The notes under the pieces were generated by a model. The model was not told the origin of the DNA. It saw only the letters and a list, made by a program, of their open reading frames with translations, and searched no databases. The translations under genes and the position numbers were made by a program. Shown here piece by piece: positions 14,203-14,782 of a stretch of 14,782 nt of DNA (position 1 is the first letter of the stretch; each line of letters begins with the position of its first letter). Origin of the DNA: Armatimonadota bacterium (GTDB lineage Bacteria > Sysuimicrobiota > Sysuimicrobiia > Sysuimicrobiales > Humicultoraceae); contig JBQTJP010000313.1 of assembly GCA_052386995.1 (NCBI GenBank), forward strand, positions 1 through 14,782, in the 5' to 3' direction.

Positions 14203-14782
14203 ATGGACATCGGTTACCGTCATGCGCGCCCGGACGATGTGCCCGCTATCTCAAAGGTGCAGGCGGATGCAATCAATGCCCTCGGCATGCGTCATGGCTT
14301 TGGCGACGAACAGATCAATCCCGTTCCACCGAATCCGTATTTTGCATTCGCCCTCCGGGAAGAGCCCGAGGGGTTCTGGGTCGCGGAGGGCGCCGGCGAA
14401 GTCGTCGGCTTCACCCACAGCTGGATGCGCGGCCCTTTCTGGTTCCTGGCACACCTGTTCATTTCGCCAGGCTGCCAGGGGAAGGGAGTAGGGCGCCGTC
14501 TATTAGACAAGGCTCTGGAGTACGGCAGCCAGGCCGCCATTGCCAATCGCTCGCTCATCACGTTTGCCTACAATCCTACGTCGATCTCCCTGTACATGCG
14601 ATGCGGGATGTACCCGCGGGAGCCGCTGTACGCAATGCGAGGCGCAAGCTCGTTTCTGCGTGCCAGACGCACGCACACGGAAGCGCCAACGCATGAACGG
14701 GTCCGCGCCGGCCAGGACACCGTTGAAGCGCTCTCTCGGGTCGATGAACAAGTCCTCGGCTTCGCGAGGGAGCTGCATCATC
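14203..14782 (+). CDS. GNAT-family N-acetyltransferase, truncated by the window end
   Basis: Not in the ORF track; translated by hand. MDIGYRHARPDDVPAI...FWVAEGAGEVVGF..WFLAHLFISPGCQGKGVGRRLL (acetyl-CoA motif QxxGxG)...FAYNPTSISLYMRCGM. Open to the end of the window. Confidence 0.9.
   Translation, partial: MDIGYRHARPDDVPAISKVQADAINALGMRHGFGDEQINPVPPNPYFAFALREEPEGFWVAEGAGEVVGFTHSWMRGPFWFLAHLFISPGCQGKGVGRRLLDKALEYGSQAAIANRSLITFAYNPTSISLYMRCGMYPREPLYAMRGASSFLRARRTHTEAPTHERVRAGQDTVEALSRVDEQVLGFARELHH

Noticed and set aside
14138..14781. Short ORF-track calls at the right end (14138-14491 +, 14251-14454 -, 14292-14561 -, 14503-14781 -)
   Set aside because: All overlap the motif-supported GNAT frame starting at 14203.

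Overview
High-GC bacterial chromosomal segment, densely coding and mostly on the + strand. I see no rRNA, tRNA, CRISPR array or mobile element. In order: an NHEJ Ku gene translationally coupled to a MerR-like HTH-TPR protein; a secreted PQQ-type glucose/sorbosone dehydrogenase; an extended SDR epimerase/dehydratase; a secreted Vgb-like beta-propeller; a BatA-type VWA protein; an atypical NarL/LuxR response regulator followed by a cytoplasmic S1C/PDZ serine protease; a DmpA/P1 aminopeptidase with an apparent CTG start and an in-frame internal deletion; a YeeE/YedE - TusA(YeeD) - secreted YVTN propeller - small membrane protein cluster; a divergent pair of secreted proteins (His-less cupin, unknown beta-rich protein); a Tag-like HhH DNA glycosylase with a C-terminal Fe-S-type Cys motif; a cysteine-dioxygenase-family cupin lacking the catalytic-triad Tyr; and a GNAT acetyltransferase that is missing from the ORF track and runs off the window. 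The best candidates for uncharacterised systems are the Ku + HTH-TPR pair, the extended YeeE-TusA-propeller sulfur module, the regulator + protease pair with its repeated upstream motif, and the Tag/EndoIII hybrid glycosylase. All family calls come from motif recognition, not database searches.
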